Notes under the pieces: generated by a model
The model's database searches: none
What the model was told of the DNA's origin: nothing
What the model saw: the letters and a program-made list of their open reading frames with translations, nothing else
Position numbers and translations under genes: made by a program
Part shown: one piece after another, positions 10,828-21,580 of the stretch
Layout of the letters: the number at the start of each line of letters is the position of its first letter
Position numbering within the stretch: the first letter of the stretch is position 1
Source of the DNA: a bacterium
GTDB lineage: Bacteria > Electryoneota > Electryoneia > Electryoneales > Electryoneaceae
DNA length: 64,000 nt
Direction: 5' to 3'
NCBI GenBank assembly: GCA_963675295.2
Contig: CAXXKJ010000001.1
Location: forward strand, 1-64,000

Positions 10828-13800
10828 GTGATCCCGACGTTGCAGCACATCCCCAGTTTTCTGCGCTCCCTGCGCGCCCGCCAAAAGGGTGTCTGGGTGC
10901 TCTCCGCGCTGCTCGTCGCTGTCACCCTGGCGACGTTGGTCTACACCGGCGTGCTCGTCACCGAGGCGATCGCGTGGTTCGATCCTGCGACTCGCACCCC
11001 GCTCGCAAACACCCTGACTGGTGTCCTGCTCCTGTTCGCACTCGGGTTCGTCGGTTTCACGCTGCGCCAGCTGATCCTGCGCAACACACCCGGAGACGAT
11101 CGCCTCGCACACGTGGTCTGGGACCGGGACGAGGACATCCGTGACCGTGTGCTCGACGCCCTCGACCTCGCGAACAACCCTGACCCGAACTCGAGCGAGG
11201 CGTTACGCGCTGCCGCGTTGGCCCAATCCGACCGTCTCGCCGATGGGCTGGACCCGCGCCCGTACGTGGATCGCAACCCGTTGATTCAATCCACCCGCGC
11301 CGCGCTGGTCGTGCTCGGCGTGCTGATTGTCACCTTTGCCATCGGACGCGGCAACCTGCTCGACGCCGCGACCCGCATCGCCAACCCTGGCGCGCGCTAC
11401 ATCAAGCCCGGCACCACGTTCCTGACCATGGACGCGCCCGACTCACTGCGCATCATCCAGGGCGACACGCTCCGAATCGCCACCGTCGCCGAACACTCCC
11501 GGCCACGGTTCGTTGACCTCGTCCTCGACGAAGGCGCGGGCACCGAACAAGTTGTGCGCATGACCCCTGACCCGGACGATACGATGCGCTTCGTCGCCAA
11601 CGTTCCGGGGTTGAAGCGAGATGTCACCCTCTGGGCACGATCCGGCCGCAAGACCGGCAGTGATTCGGTGCAGGTGCATGTCACCCGTCGGCCACGCATC
11701 GCGCGGCTCAACGTCACCGTGCAGCCGCCACGCTACACCGGCCTCGAACCGGTCAACCTGCCCGAAGGTGTCGGTGACCTGACCGCCCTGCCCGGCAGCC
11801 GGGTGGCGGTGACGATGAACGCCAGCCGTCCGCTGGCAAACGCACATCTATTGCTGCAGCCGTCGTACCGAGATACACCGGACACCGTCGCGTTGGAACT
11901 CGCCGGACGCGAGGCCACCGGCGCATTCCGCCTGCGGGCGGAGGGAACGTGGTGGCTGGAATTCATGGCGACTGACAGCATCGCCGCGGACGAACCGATT
12001 GTCTGGGCGCTCGGCACCGCCGAGGATTTGAACCCGCGCGTGCAGATCCACAGCCCGGACGATGGCGCGTTGATCCCCGAGGCGCTGGTGGTGCCGCTCG
12101 CGGTCAGCGCCGATGATGATTATGGAATCTCCCGCATGCGGCTGCGCTACCGTATCCACACCGAGGTGTTCGCCGCCGATTCGGTGTCCGAGGATGAGTA
12201 CGCCGCGTACGACCTCCCGATGGAACAGGTCGCCCCGGGGCAGGCGATTGTCGCGATGCGCTGGTCGCTGTACGATTTGCCATTATTGCCGACCGACGAG
12301 GTTCACTACTTCGTCGAGGTGTGGGACAACGACACGTGGTCTGGCCCGAAACGTGTCCGCTCGGAGCTGCGACGGCTGGTGTTCCCGTCTGTCGAGGAAC
12401 TGTACGCCATCACCGACGAACAGGAGGAAAACGCCGGGGATGAACTGGCGAAAGCCTACGAGCAGGCCGAACGCACCCGTCAGAAGCTCGAGGAAACCCT
12501 CACCCGGCTGAAATCCAATCCGGAAGAGATGTCGTGGGATGAGGCGCGCGCGTTGCAGCGAACCCTGGACGAGCAGGAGCAGGCGCTGCAGCAGATGCAG
12601 AATGTTGCCGAGTCCCTCGAGCAGATGCGCCAGCAGGCCAGCGAACACAACCTGATGAGCGAGGAGCTGCTCGAGAAGTACAAGCAAATGCAGGAGTTAC
12701 TGGAAGAGATCGCCACGCCGGAGATGCGCGAAGCGATGGAGAAAATGCGCGAGGCGATGGAAAATCTCGACGGCGAACAGATGCGCGAGGCCCTCGAGGA
12801 GTTGCTGCAGAACCAGGACAAGTTGCTCGAGAACATCGACCGCAACCTCGCCATCCTCGAACAGCTGAAGATGGAACGCGAGCTCGATGAACTCGCCACC
12901 CGCGCGGAAAACCTCGCCGAACGTCAGGAAGACCTCAGCGAACAGCTCGACACCGCCGCGCCGGAGGAGATGGACCGCCTCGCGCAGGAGCAGGAGTCGA
13001 TTGAGGAACAGGCCGAACAGCTCGCCGAGGATATCGAACAGGCCAGCGAAGAGATGGCGGAAATGAACGAAGAAACCGCTGATTCGTTGAGCCAGATCTC
13101 CGAGGAGATGCAGAGCGAAGCGTTCCAGCAGCCGATGCAGCAATCTTCCGAATCCATGATGGACGGCCAGCGCCAGGAGGCGAAAAAGTCCAGCAAGGAA
13201 GCGGAAGAGAACATGAAGAAAATGGCGATGCGTCTGCGCATGCAGCAGCAGCAGATGGTCGCCCAGAGCAAGCAGGATCTGGCAGACGAGATGAGCCGCG
13301 TGTTTGACGCGATCCTCATCATCTCCCGTCACCAGGAAGCCCTGCGCGAAGAGAGCCGCACCCTCGGCGTCGCCAGCCCACGCTACCGTGAGCTCGCCGC
13401 CGACCAGGAAGGCCTGATCACCGGCATGGGCGCTGTTGACCGCGCGGTCGGCGAATTGATGAAGAAATCGTTCTTCGTCGGCGCGAAAATCGCCGGGAAC
13501 CTGACCCGTGCCCGCGCCTTCATGCAGGAAGCGATCCAGCGCTACACTGACCGCCGCCCGCAGGACGTGATGGGTTCACAGTCATCCGCGCTGGCGTTCC
13601 TGCACCGCAGCCTGCACCAGCTGAACCAATCGCAGCAGTCGATGATGGCCTCCGGCAGCGGCACCGGCTACCAGGAGATGATGCAGCAGCTGAAGCAGAT
13701 GGCGCAGCAACAGCAGCAGATAAACCAGTCATCGGGCGGGCAGATGCCGATGCCGATGCCCGGCGGAACCCAGCCCGGCGGCATGAGCCTGAGCCAGGCC

Positions 13801-14247
13801 GCCGCTCAGCAACGCGCTCTCGCCGAACAGATGCAGGCGCTCGAAGGCGAAGCACGTTCGATGGAAGAGATTCTCGGCGATCTCGGCGGCATGGCCGGCG
13901 ACATGCAGGAAGTCGCGGACGATCTCGAAGACCAGAACGTCACCGAACGCACCCGCCGTCTGCAGCAACGCATCCTGCAACGCCTGCTCGACAGCCAGCG
14001 CAGCCTGCAGGAACGCGAACACAGCAAGCAACGCCAGGGCGAGTTGGCCGAAGACATCTTCCGTTCCGGCCCCGGCGGGATGCCGATTGAGACCGAAGAT
14101 CAGCTCCGCGAACGCCTGCTCAAGGCGCTCGAGGGAGATTACGCACGCGTCTGGCGCGAAACCATCCGTCAATACTACCGTGCCCTCGAACGTGACCGTC
14201 AGGCCGACCAACCCACCACACCACCAACCGGCACCACCAGTCCCTGA
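10828..14247 (+). CDS. DUF4175-like membrane-anchored long coiled-coil protein
   Basis: N-terminal TM helices, V.VQPPRYTG, A.DDYGIS, long Q/E/M-rich coiled coil, RQQRILQRLLDSQRS end. Confidence 0.8.
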   Translation: MIPTLQHIPSFLRSLRARQKGVWVLSALLVAVTLATLVYTGVLVTEAIAWFDPATRTPLANTLTGVLLLFALGFVGFTLRQLILRNTPGDDRLAHVVWDRDEDIRDRVLDALDLANNPDPNSSEALRAAALAQSDRLADGLDPRPYVDRNPLIQSTRAALVVLGVLIVTFAIGRGNLLDAATRIANPGARYIKPGTTFLTMDAPDSLRIIQGDTLRIATVAEHSRPRFVDLVLDEGAGTEQVVRMTPDPDDTMRFVANVPGLKRDVTLWARSGRKTGSDSVQVHVTRRPRIARLNVTVQPPRYTGLEPVNLPEGVGDLTALPGSRVAVTMNASRPLANAHLLLQPSYRDTPDTVALELAGREATGAFRLRAEGTWWLEFMATDSIAADEPIVWALGTAEDLNPRVQIHSPDDGALIPEALVVPLAVSADDDYGISRMRLRYRIHTEVFAADSVSEDEYAAYDLPMEQVAPGQAIVAMRWSLYDLPLLPTDEVHYFVEVWDNDTWSGPKRVRSELRRLVFPSVEELYAITDEQEENAGDELAKAYEQAERTRQKLEETLTRLKSNPEEMSWDEARALQRTLDEQEQALQQMQNVAESLEQMRQQASEHNLMSEELLEKYKQMQELLEEIATPEMREAMEKMREAMENLDGEQMREALEELLQNQDKLLENIDRNLAILEQLKMERELDELATRAENLAERQEDLSEQLDTAAPEEMDRLAQEQESIEEQAEQLAEDIEQASEEMAEMNEETADSLSQISEEMQSEAFQQPMQQSSESMMDGQRQEAKKSSKEAEENMKKMAMRLRMQQQQMVAQSKQDLADEMSRVFDAILIISRHQEALREESRTLGVASPRYRELAADQEGLITGMGAVDRAVGELMKKSFFVGAKIAGNLTRARAFMQEAIQRYTDRRPQDVMGSQSSALAFLHRSLHQLNQSQQSMMASGSGTGYQEMMQQLKQMAQQQQQINQSSGGQMPMPMPGGTQPGGMSLSQAAAQQRALAEQMQALEGEARSMEEILGDLGGMAGDMQEVADDLEDQNVTERTRRLQQRILQRLLDSQRSLQEREHSKQRQGELAEDIFRSGPGGMPIETEDQLRERLLKALEGDYARVWRETIRQYYRALERDRQADQPTTPPTGTTSP

Positions 14248-14249
14248 TC

Positions 14250-14386
14250 CATGCCCCAGACATTCATGTCTGGGCTCATCCATCCGTGTGCGATCGCTTT
14301 GTGCCCCTGATGGCTTCGCCTGCAGGGATGACCCGTCGGGTAGCGACGACTGTACATGCCCCAGACATTCATGTCTGGGCTCATCC
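14250..14386. repeat. REP-like family C direct-repeat doublet
   Basis: Identical 32-bp CATGCCCCAGACATTCATGTCTGGGCTCATCC at 14250-14281 and 14355-14386; related copy at 10468-10491. Confidence 0.8.
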
Positions 14387-14536
14387 GCAATAGCGATTCA
14401 TTCGAGTTCACGAGCGGTTCAGCTCGCAAAACTTTTCGTTTCTGGACTCTCCAGCACCCATCCTGCGATCAGCGCGTTCATATTAGTAGTGACGAGTCGT
14501 CACGAATCATGACACGGTTGACATCTTGGGGGAACT

Positions 14537-16906
14537 ATGAAAACGATCCGCACGGCCGCGCTGCTTACCCTGTTTCTGACACTTGTGGTATCCAGCTTCA
14601 CGTTTGCCCAGCCCGCGCCAACCCTGCTGCAGGAATGGGACGGCTTCGCGGCGACTCGCTACACCATCAGCGGAAACTACGCTTGGGGGATCGTGTTCGA
14701 CGGCAACCCGTACGGCTACGCGCTGTACCGGCTTGATCTGTCGAGTGACGCGGACGGCGAACTGGTTCTTGACCTGGGAACAACCTGCTGTTTTGGTCTA
14801 GCGGCGGAGGACGGCGTCCTTGTGCTCGCCATGGGGGATGAAGGCCTCTATATCTTCGACATCACCGATCCGGATAACCCTGTTTGGCTGACTACCCTGC
14901 GCATGCCCGGAAATTCGTTCGATGTCGTGCTTCAGGACAGCTACGCCTATGTCGCCAGCAGTTATTCCGGTGTTGTCACCGTCGATATCCGCGATCCCGC
15001 CAATCCCACGATCACCAGTTACTACATGGCACCGGATGCGGCGGAGTTGAACGACATCCTCCTCGATGACGGCGACCTTTTCGCCGCTTCCGCTGACTAT
15101 GGCCTGATCGCGTTCAGCCTGGCCGACCCGGCTCACCCGGCAGTTGCGGAAATGCTCCAGATTCCTGATATCAGCGGGTCCATCGATCTCGCCATCAGCC
15201 GTTCGTGGATCTGCATTACCGAGATGTATCAATTCGGGCACGAAAGCGAATACTCCCTGCGGATTATCCCACGCCATGGGACGCACCTTGACGAACCCCT
15301 GTTTCATGATCTGGGGACCGCATCAGAAGGCGATTTCAGCGAGGTGGAGTTGGATTCCTCGCTCGCATTCATGATCGTTGACGATCAGTTTTCCATCCTC
15401 GACATCACTCACCCGGAGGAATTGGATACACTGTATTTTGCGGACGACATGTGGCATATGCACGATCTGAAATACACGGACGACCTGCTGTTTTCCGGCG
15501 GGCACCCCATGTTCCGCGCCTATTCGATCAGCGAGGCAAACGGTCCCGCAAGCCCCGCGTTCCCGCAGGCATCCACCCACACTCCCGTGCAGCCGATCCC
15601 GACTGCTGTTCCATCCTCATCGAAAATCGAAGGGCCTGTCCGGCAACTCGCGGATGACTGGACCCTCACCGAAATCGCACGGATACAGCTCGGTTCAGAT
15701 GTTCGTGTCGAGGATCTCGTCCTGCACGGCAGCACCGTGTACGCAACAATCGAGAACATGGACAACCAGCGACAGCTAACCATTCTTGATCTCACCGATC
15801 CCCACGAACCCGTCCAGATTGGCACAATCCCGGAACCCAGCGACAATTTCGCATCAATGACGATCTCCGGCAGCACGATGATCGTTGCGGACGGCGGCAC
15901 GTTGAAACTGTTCGACCTTACCGACCCGTTAAATCCGGACTACCTCGGAACCGTGGTGCCGGGAAATACCCTTGTCAGCATTGTCGCCGTGGACGATCTG
16001 CTCTATGGCCTGAATTCAGCGTCCAGGTTGTACACCTATGATATTTCCGACCCTTTCGCACCTGTACCGTTGCAGTTCTTGAATGAAGCCGGCGAACACC
16101 TCTGCATCAGCCCGGATGGGGCATGGCTGGCGACGCTGGACGAGTATCTATACGGGGCTGATGAGTCGAGAACCAGATACCACCTGCTATCGACAGTAGT
16201 TACAGGAGATCAGCCGTATCTGGCCAAACGATGGGAGGGAATGAATTCGTCCGAGGGATTTACCTATCGCTCGCTTAACATCACATCGGGATTCCTGTAT
16301 TCAGGTCTCAGCTTCGGCAACTTCGGTTTATCGCAGGCGACAAACCTTAGTGAACCCTTCTATCCAACGATTCCCATGGAGCTGTATGAAACCGGACACA
16401 CACCGGGCGGGGCTGTCCAGCATGAAGATCTGCTGCTTCTCGAGTTCGGCAACCTGCGGATGTATGACGTCAGCGATCCCGAGAATCCCGAGTTGCTGAA
16501 TGAGGTAGCAGATGTTCCCATCGGTCCACTCGTGATGGACTACCCGAATGTGTACGCCGCCGGTGGCAACGAGTTCGCCGTTTACATGCTTGAACTGACA
16601 GCAATCGGCGACAAGCCCAATCCATCCGGCATTCATCCCACAGCCTTCTGTCTGGATCCGGTGTACCCGAACCCGTTCAACCCGGTCACGACGATCTCTG
16701 TTACCCTGCCGCGACCCGCCTCGTTGACGGTGCAGGTGTTCGACATTCAGGGCCGCGTCGTCGCGACCCTCGCGGACGGTTCCTTCGCCGCCGGAACACA
16801 CGCGCTGACTTTCGACGGATCATCCCTCGCCAGCGGGATCTATTTCGTCCGCGCGACAGTCCCCGGCCATTTGAGCCAGATCCGGAAGATGACGCTCTTG
16901 AAGTAA
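14537..16906 (+). CDS. Secreted LVIVD-repeat protein with T9SS-like CTD
   Basis: Signal peptide; repeated L.IFDITDP.NP units in two blocks; VYPNPFN tail. Confidence 0.85.
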   Translation: MKTIRTAALLTLFLTLVVSSFTFAQPAPTLLQEWDGFAATRYTISGNYAWGIVFDGNPYGYALYRLDLSSDADGELVLDLGTTCCFGLAAEDGVLVLAMGDEGLYIFDITDPDNPVWLTTLRMPGNSFDVVLQDSYAYVASSYSGVVTVDIRDPANPTITSYYMAPDAAELNDILLDDGDLFAASADYGLIAFSLADPAHPAVAEMLQIPDISGSIDLAISRSWICITEMYQFGHESEYSLRIIPRHGTHLDEPLFHDLGTASEGDFSEVELDSSLAFMIVDDQFSILDITHPEELDTLYFADDMWHMHDLKYTDDLLFSGGHPMFRAYSISEANGPASPAFPQASTHTPVQPIPTAVPSSSKIEGPVRQLADDWTLTEIARIQLGSDVRVEDLVLHGSTVYATIENMDNQRQLTILDLTDPHEPVQIGTIPEPSDNFASMTISGSTMIVADGGTLKLFDLTDPLNPDYLGTVVPGNTLVSIVAVDDLLYGLNSASRLYTYDISDPFAPVPLQFLNEAGEHLCISPDGAWLATLDEYLYGADESRTRYHLLSTVVTGDQPYLAKRWEGMNSSEGFTYRSLNITSGFLYSGLSFGNFGLSQATNLSEPFYPTIPMELYETGHTPGGAVQHEDLLLLEFGNLRMYDVSDPENPELLNEVADVPIGPLVMDYPNVYAAGGNEFAVYMLELTAIGDKPNPSGIHPTAFCLDPVYPNPFNPVTTISVTLPRPASLTVQVFDIQGRVVATLADGSFAAGTHALTFDGSSLASGIYFVRATVPGHLSQIRKMTLLK

Positions 16907-17043
16907 AAGACAGCAACAGATGCAAGGGACGCAAAAGAAGCAACAGAAAGTAAAGGACAGGAAAAGATAGTAAAAGAAGGTAAAAGAAAGTAAAAGACAG
17001 GACAAAACACCGATAAGGGGACACTTACACCGTAAGTGTCCTC
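16907..17043. repeat. Nonamer tandem array followed by REP family A copy 2
   Basis: GCAACAGAT/GTAAAAGAA-type 9-mers, then GGGGACACTTAC-ACC-GTAAGTGTCCTC. Confidence 0.75.
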
Positions 17044-17164
17044 GTCGCGCTTAGGTACACGACATTCAAATCGTGGGTCATCCGCCCCTGGTACACTCAT
17101 GACTTGACAACCCTGTCAGTGCGGACGACCTTCCGGGACAAATCGAATTCACGAGTCACCGCCC

Positions 17165-18133
17165 ATGCCCAACTCAACCACCATGCTCGCCGTCACCGCA
17201 AAATCCGGCCCGAAACCGGTCGAGGTACCGCTGCCGGAACGTGTCCGTGAGGACGACTGCCTGATCCGTGTCCACCGTGTCGGGATCTGCGGCACCGACA
17301 GTGAAATCCTCAAGGGCTACGCCGGGTTCGACGGCATCCTCGGGCACGAATTCGCCGGGCAGGTGGTCGAATCGGACCAATATTCGTGGATTCGACGCCG
17401 GGTCACCGCGCACATCAACCTCCCCGGCGACCTGCGCGGGCATGTCGACTACGCCGCCGCGAAGCACGATCCCAACCGTCAGGCGATCGGCATCCGCGGA
17501 CGGGACGGTGCGATGGCTGAGTACATCGTGCTGCCGGAGGGAGTGCTGGTCGCGTTACCGGACACCGTCAGCGACGCCGCCGGCGCGATGGCCGAGCCGC
17601 TGGCTGCCGCGCTGGACGCCGCCGAGCGGGTGCCGCAGAACGACGAGCCGGTGTTGTTGATCGGAGACGGCCGCCTCGCCATCCTGATCGCCCGTATCCT
17701 GCGCGCACGAGGCCGCGAAGTGCACGCCCTCGGCCGATACGAGCACAAGATGGAGCGCCTGCGTGATATCGGGGTGACAGCCAGCATTCGTGAACCGGAG
17801 GATAACTTCCGCGCGGTGATCGAAGCCAGCGGGAACCCGTTTGGCCTGCAAACCGCGCTCAACTCCATCGCGCCGGAAGGGACCATCGTACTCAAATCGA
17901 CCCACACCGAATCGTTCACCATCGACCCGAGCTTCATCGCGGTCAACGAGATCCGGCTGGTCGGGTCACGCTGCGGCGATGTCGCTGCGGCAGTGGACCT
18001 GATCGCGTCCGGCACAGTCGAGGTGGAGGACCTGATCGACGAAGTCCACCCGCTTCACGACGCCAAGCTCGCGTTCGACCGCGCGTTCGGCCCCGACGGC
18101 CTCAAGGTTCAGCTCGATCCAACAGTGGAGTAG
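17165..18133 (+). CDS. Zn-dependent alcohol dehydrogenase (MDR family)
   Basis: GICGTD, GHE, EPLAA, IGDGRL nucleotide-binding motif, GSRCG. Confidence 0.88.
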   Translation: MPNSTTMLAVTAKSGPKPVEVPLPERVREDDCLIRVHRVGICGTDSEILKGYAGFDGILGHEFAGQVVESDQYSWIRRRVTAHINLPGDLRGHVDYAAAKHDPNRQAIGIRGRDGAMAEYIVLPEGVLVALPDTVSDAAGAMAEPLAAALDAAERVPQNDEPVLLIGDGRLAILIARILRARGREVHALGRYEHKMERLRDIGVTASIREPEDNFRAVIEASGNPFGLQTALNSIAPEGTIVLKSTHTESFTIDPSFIAVNEIRLVGSRCGDVAAAVDLIASGTVEVEDLIDEVHPLHDAKLAFDRAFGPDGLKVQLDPTVE

Positions 18134-18162
18134 CCAGTTCACCAAGCAGTTTCGGAGGGGAT

Positions 18163-18663
18163 ATGCTGACAGTCCTGCTATCAACCGCTCTGTTGTTTCC
18201 GACAGTCACCGGAAAAAACCTGCATGGTGATCGTTTCACCCTGCCCGGCGATTTTACCGGCAGCATTAACATTGTTCTCGTTGCCTTTCAACGGGAACAG
18301 CAGCCGGAGGTTGACACATGGTTGCCGCTGGCGAAAGAACTGGAGGCTGAACACCCGGAATTCGTTCGCTACTGGGAGCTTCCAACCATCAGCTCGGGCT
18401 ACAAATGGATGAGTTTCATTATCGATAATGGCATGCGTTCAGGAATACCGGATTCAACGGCCCGTGAACGAACCATCACCCTGTATATTGATCGACATCC
18501 GATGCTGAAAGCTCTGGAAATACCGAACACCGATGAAATCGAGGTATTCGTGCTCGATGCAGACGGGTATGTCCGTTGGCGGGATCGAGGATCAAGGACA
18601 GATGCCGGCACAAAAGGGATACGCTCCGCAATCGGGGAACTGATTCGGCGTGATCGGGAATAG
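18163..18663 (+). CDS. ATP10-like thioredoxin-fold protein
   Basis: FPTVTGKNL...LP.DF...VAFQREQQ.EVDTW...IDNGMRSGIP pattern. Confidence 0.65.
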   Translation: MLTVLLSTALLFPTVTGKNLHGDRFTLPGDFTGSINIVLVAFQREQQPEVDTWLPLAKELEAEHPEFVRYWELPTISSGYKWMSFIIDNGMRSGIPDSTARERTITLYIDRHPMLKALEIPNTDEIEVFVLDADGYVRWRDRGSRTDAGTKGIRSAIGELIRRDRE

Positions 18664-18824
18664 ACTTGAATCCTTCTGCGTTGCAGCGATCGCGCACACA
18701 AAAGAGAGATTCTTCGCTACGCTCAGAATAACACCCTGAAACCCCTATATTCGACCATCGAGTGTGGGATTTTCTGTGCCTAGCTCAGGACTCAGCACTC
18801 ACAACTCATAACTCGTGGCCGTCC

Positions 18825-19883
18825 ATGTACTTCGACGTTGAATTCTACACCGAGGCCCACCGTGCCGAGTGGGACCGTTTCATCCGCCGCTCGTTGCAGG
18901 GCAACCTGTTCAACCAGCAACGGTTTTTCGATTACCATCCGCCAGACCGTTTCCAGCACCGGCACCTGATCTTCCGCAAGAAGGGCCACATCATTGCGGT
19001 CTGGCCGGGCGCCTACCGTGACGAGGACGGCCTGAAGGCGTGGACCAGCCATCCGGGCGCGTCGTACGGCGGCCTGTTGATCCGCGAGGATGTCAGCCTG
19101 ATCTACGTGCACCGTCTACTGCACGACCTGATCGAGGTCGCGAAGGACGAGGGAATCGAACGCCTGCGGTGCACCCCGCCGCCGATCTTCTACCATCGAC
19201 GGATTGGCGATTCGGTTGAGTTCACGTTACGTCGCGCCGGCTTCACCTACCTGAAGCAGGATTACACGCAAGCCATTGATCTGCGCGATCTGCCGCTCGC
19301 CGAACGGCAACTGATCAGCCGCTACGACAACAAGACCCGTACCGCGATCCGCAAGGCGTGGCGTGAGGGTGTCAGCATCAAGCACAGCATCCCGCTGAAA
19401 GGCGAGACGCTCGACACGTTCTACGACATCCTGTTCGAAAATCGCGCCAAGCTCGGGGTTACCCCGACGCACACCCGGGACGAGATCGAAAAACTCGCCG
19501 AACTCGCGCCGAAACAGCTGGAAGCGTCGATGGCCTACTACAACGGCGAGGCGATTGCGTGCATCCTGAACTTTGTCTGCAACGAAAAGGTGATGCTCGA
19601 GTTTTACATCGCGCACCGCGACGATGCGCAGAACCTGCGGCCGTCCCCGTTACTGGTCCACGACAGCATCCTGCACGCGCATGAACGCGGCTTCCAGTGG
19701 TACGATTTCGGAATCAGCAACGAACCGGGGAACAAGGTCACCTGGGGCCTGGCGGCGTTCAAGGAAAACTTCTCGATGACCGGTTTCTTCCGCAACACGC
19801 TGGTCCTCGATAACGTGCAGACGTGGCACGCACCCCCGTTCTACATGCCCGACACGCCGAAGGTTGAGGTGGATGTGCGATAA
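18825..19883 (+). CDS. GNAT/FemAB-like acyltransferase
   Basis: WD.FI...NLF...FFDYH, SHPGASYGG, YDFGIS...GLAAFKENF. Confidence 0.8.
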   Translation: MYFDVEFYTEAHRAEWDRFIRRSLQGNLFNQQRFFDYHPPDRFQHRHLIFRKKGHIIAVWPGAYRDEDGLKAWTSHPGASYGGLLIREDVSLIYVHRLLHDLIEVAKDEGIERLRCTPPPIFYHRRIGDSVEFTLRRAGFTYLKQDYTQAIDLRDLPLAERQLISRYDNKTRTAIRKAWREGVSIKHSIPLKGETLDTFYDILFENRAKLGVTPTHTRDEIEKLAELAPKQLEASMAYYNGEAIACILNFVCNEKVMLEFYIAHRDDAQNLRPSPLLVHDSILHAHERGFQWYDFGISNEPGNKVTWGLAAFKENFSMTGFFRNTLVLDNVQTWHAPPFYMPDTPKVEVDVR

Positions 19884-19884
19884 C

Positions 19885-20032
19885 AGATGCAACTGACGCA
19901 AAAGACGCCTAAGACGCACAAGAAGCAACTGAGGCCGAAGAAATAACTGCCAGAAAACAAAACCGCCACAGACATCGGTGGCGGTTTCTTGTGCTTCCGT
20001 TGCATCTTTTGCGTCAGTTGCGTCTGTGGCTT
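19885..20032. terminator. Bidirectional terminator flanked by inverted nonamer arrays
   Basis: AAACCGCCAC...GTGGCGGTTT (19960-19987) between convergent genes. Confidence 0.75.
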
Positions 20033-20034
20033 GT

Positions 20035-21174
20035 TTACTTCAGAAGAACCACCTTCTGCATCAACGGTGCCTTGCCCGCGACATACGCGCCGACGAAATA
20101 CGTTCCACTCGCCAACGTTGAACCGTTCAGCACAAACTCATGCGTTCCGGCGCTGAAGTTGCCGTCCGCCAGCGTCATCACCGTCTGCCCGAGCGTGTTG
20201 TGCACCGTCACCCGCACCTGCTCCGCTTCCGGCAGCGTCAACGAAACCGTGCCCATCGTGTTGAACGGGTTCGGGTACGTGTTCAGCACCAGATCTCCGG
20301 TGGCCGGTGTCAGCACCGGGCCATCATCGACCGACTGAATGTCGCCACGGTCAAACTGCAGGAAGAACGGCCAGATCAGGGTTACCGGTTCGATGCCGTA
20401 GGTGGACGAGTGCGGCCAGTTATGGTTGTTCGTGCCCCAGACCCAGGACCAGATCTCGTACAACGTGACCCATTCGATATCACCCTCTGAACCGGTGTAC
20501 TCGAAGTAGATCGGCCAACCGAAGCTCCAGCTGTAGCTGGTTGCTCCGTTCCATTCTCCCCACTGTTCCCATGCGGCACCACTGCCGTAGTTGATGTCGA
20601 TAACCTGGTCCCAACGATTGTGGAACGCGATATACCCGACTCGTTGCGCGGGGGGCTGCGACAACAATTGCGGGAACTGGTTACCCGGCCAGCCGCCGCT
20701 GACCGTCGCGATGGCTGCGTAACGGTCATTGTCAAGGTAGGCCAGGCAATGTGCCATCCACCCACCGGCGGATGAACCCACTGCGTAGACCCGGTTGGGA
20801 TCTACCGTGGTCAGCCCATCGGTTTGCGCGGCAATGTCCATGGACACCTGGTCAACAATCTGCCCGATCCAGGAATAATCCATCGGGACCCACGTATCCC
20901 CGTAGGCGTGACCCTGAGGATACACGAGCACGGCGTCGTTTTCCTCAAGAATCACAAACATCCGGCTGGTTCCGCTGATGCCTTGCGCTGTGCCGCCACC
21001 GCCGTGCATCACCACAATCAACGGCACTTCCGTACTGCTCATCGTGCGATTGGGAATCTCGGTCCGGTAGTAATGGTTGCCAACATAGCCTTCGTCGACA
21101 GCCACGTACGCCGGCGCGCCAAGGGCCGCTACGGCCAACACCAGAACCAATCCTGCAAGAATGATGGATCTCAT
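20035..21174 (-). CDS. Secreted PHB-depolymerase/LpqC-like esterase with T9SS-like CTD (paralog 1)
   Basis: Signal peptide; PLIVVMHGGGG, VYPQG, nucleophile elbow GSSAGG, His in NHNWP; YPNPFN tail. Confidence 0.85.
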   Translation of the reverse strand: MRSIILAGLVLVLAVAALGAPAYVAVDEGYVGNHYYRTEIPNRTMSSTEVPLIVVMHGGGGTAQGISGTSRMFVILEENDAVLVYPQGHAYGDTWVPMDYSWIGQIVDQVSMDIAAQTDGLTTVDPNRVYAVGSSAGGWMAHCLAYLDNDRYAAIATVSGGWPGNQFPQLLSQPPAQRVGYIAFHNRWDQVIDINYGSGAAWEQWGEWNGATSYSWSFGWPIYFEYTGSEGDIEWVTLYEIWSWVWGTNNHNWPHSSTYGIEPVTLIWPFFLQFDRGDIQSVDDGPVLTPATGDLVLNTYPNPFNTMGTVSLTLPEAEQVRVTVHNTLGQTVMTLADGNFSAGTHEFVLNGSTLASGTYFVGAYVAGKAPLMQKVVLLK

Positions 21175-21519
21175 GATCTTCTCCCCAGTTACAAAGTTCC
21201 TGCCCATGCAAAAAGATACGATGTCGTGGGTGCTGGGAGAATTCTTGCAACGAATGGATAAAAAATCCGCCTGTATCTCGGATACAGGCGGTTGGGGCTT
21301 GGTTCACTGTGCCTTAGAACACGCTTGAACGACGAGCTCCGGGAGGATTTTAACGCTAAAATCCCCGAAATTCGGCAGGTCTAACAAAAATAACGCTGGT
21401 TATCGCTCCCAAACAACTCAACGTGATCCACAACCATCTAAATGCTATAAGTGAATCATGATTATCTTCTTATCAATAGGATTCTACGGCCAGTTGAAAT
21501 CAGCCCGGCGCGAAACAAA

Positions 21520-21549
21520 AATCCCCGGACTCGCTTCGAGCCCGGGGAT
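21520..21549 (-). terminator. Intrinsic terminator
   Basis: ATCCCCGG...CCGGGGAT hairpin with a T-run on the minus strand after stop 21581. Confidence 0.7.
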
Positions 21550-21580
21550 AAAATAGAGACAATCTCGATCCAGGTGAGCG

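Noticed and set aside
14250-14386. Possible mini-CRISPR
   Set aside because: Only two repeats, a 73-bp spacer, no cas genes, and a related dispersed copy points to a REP.
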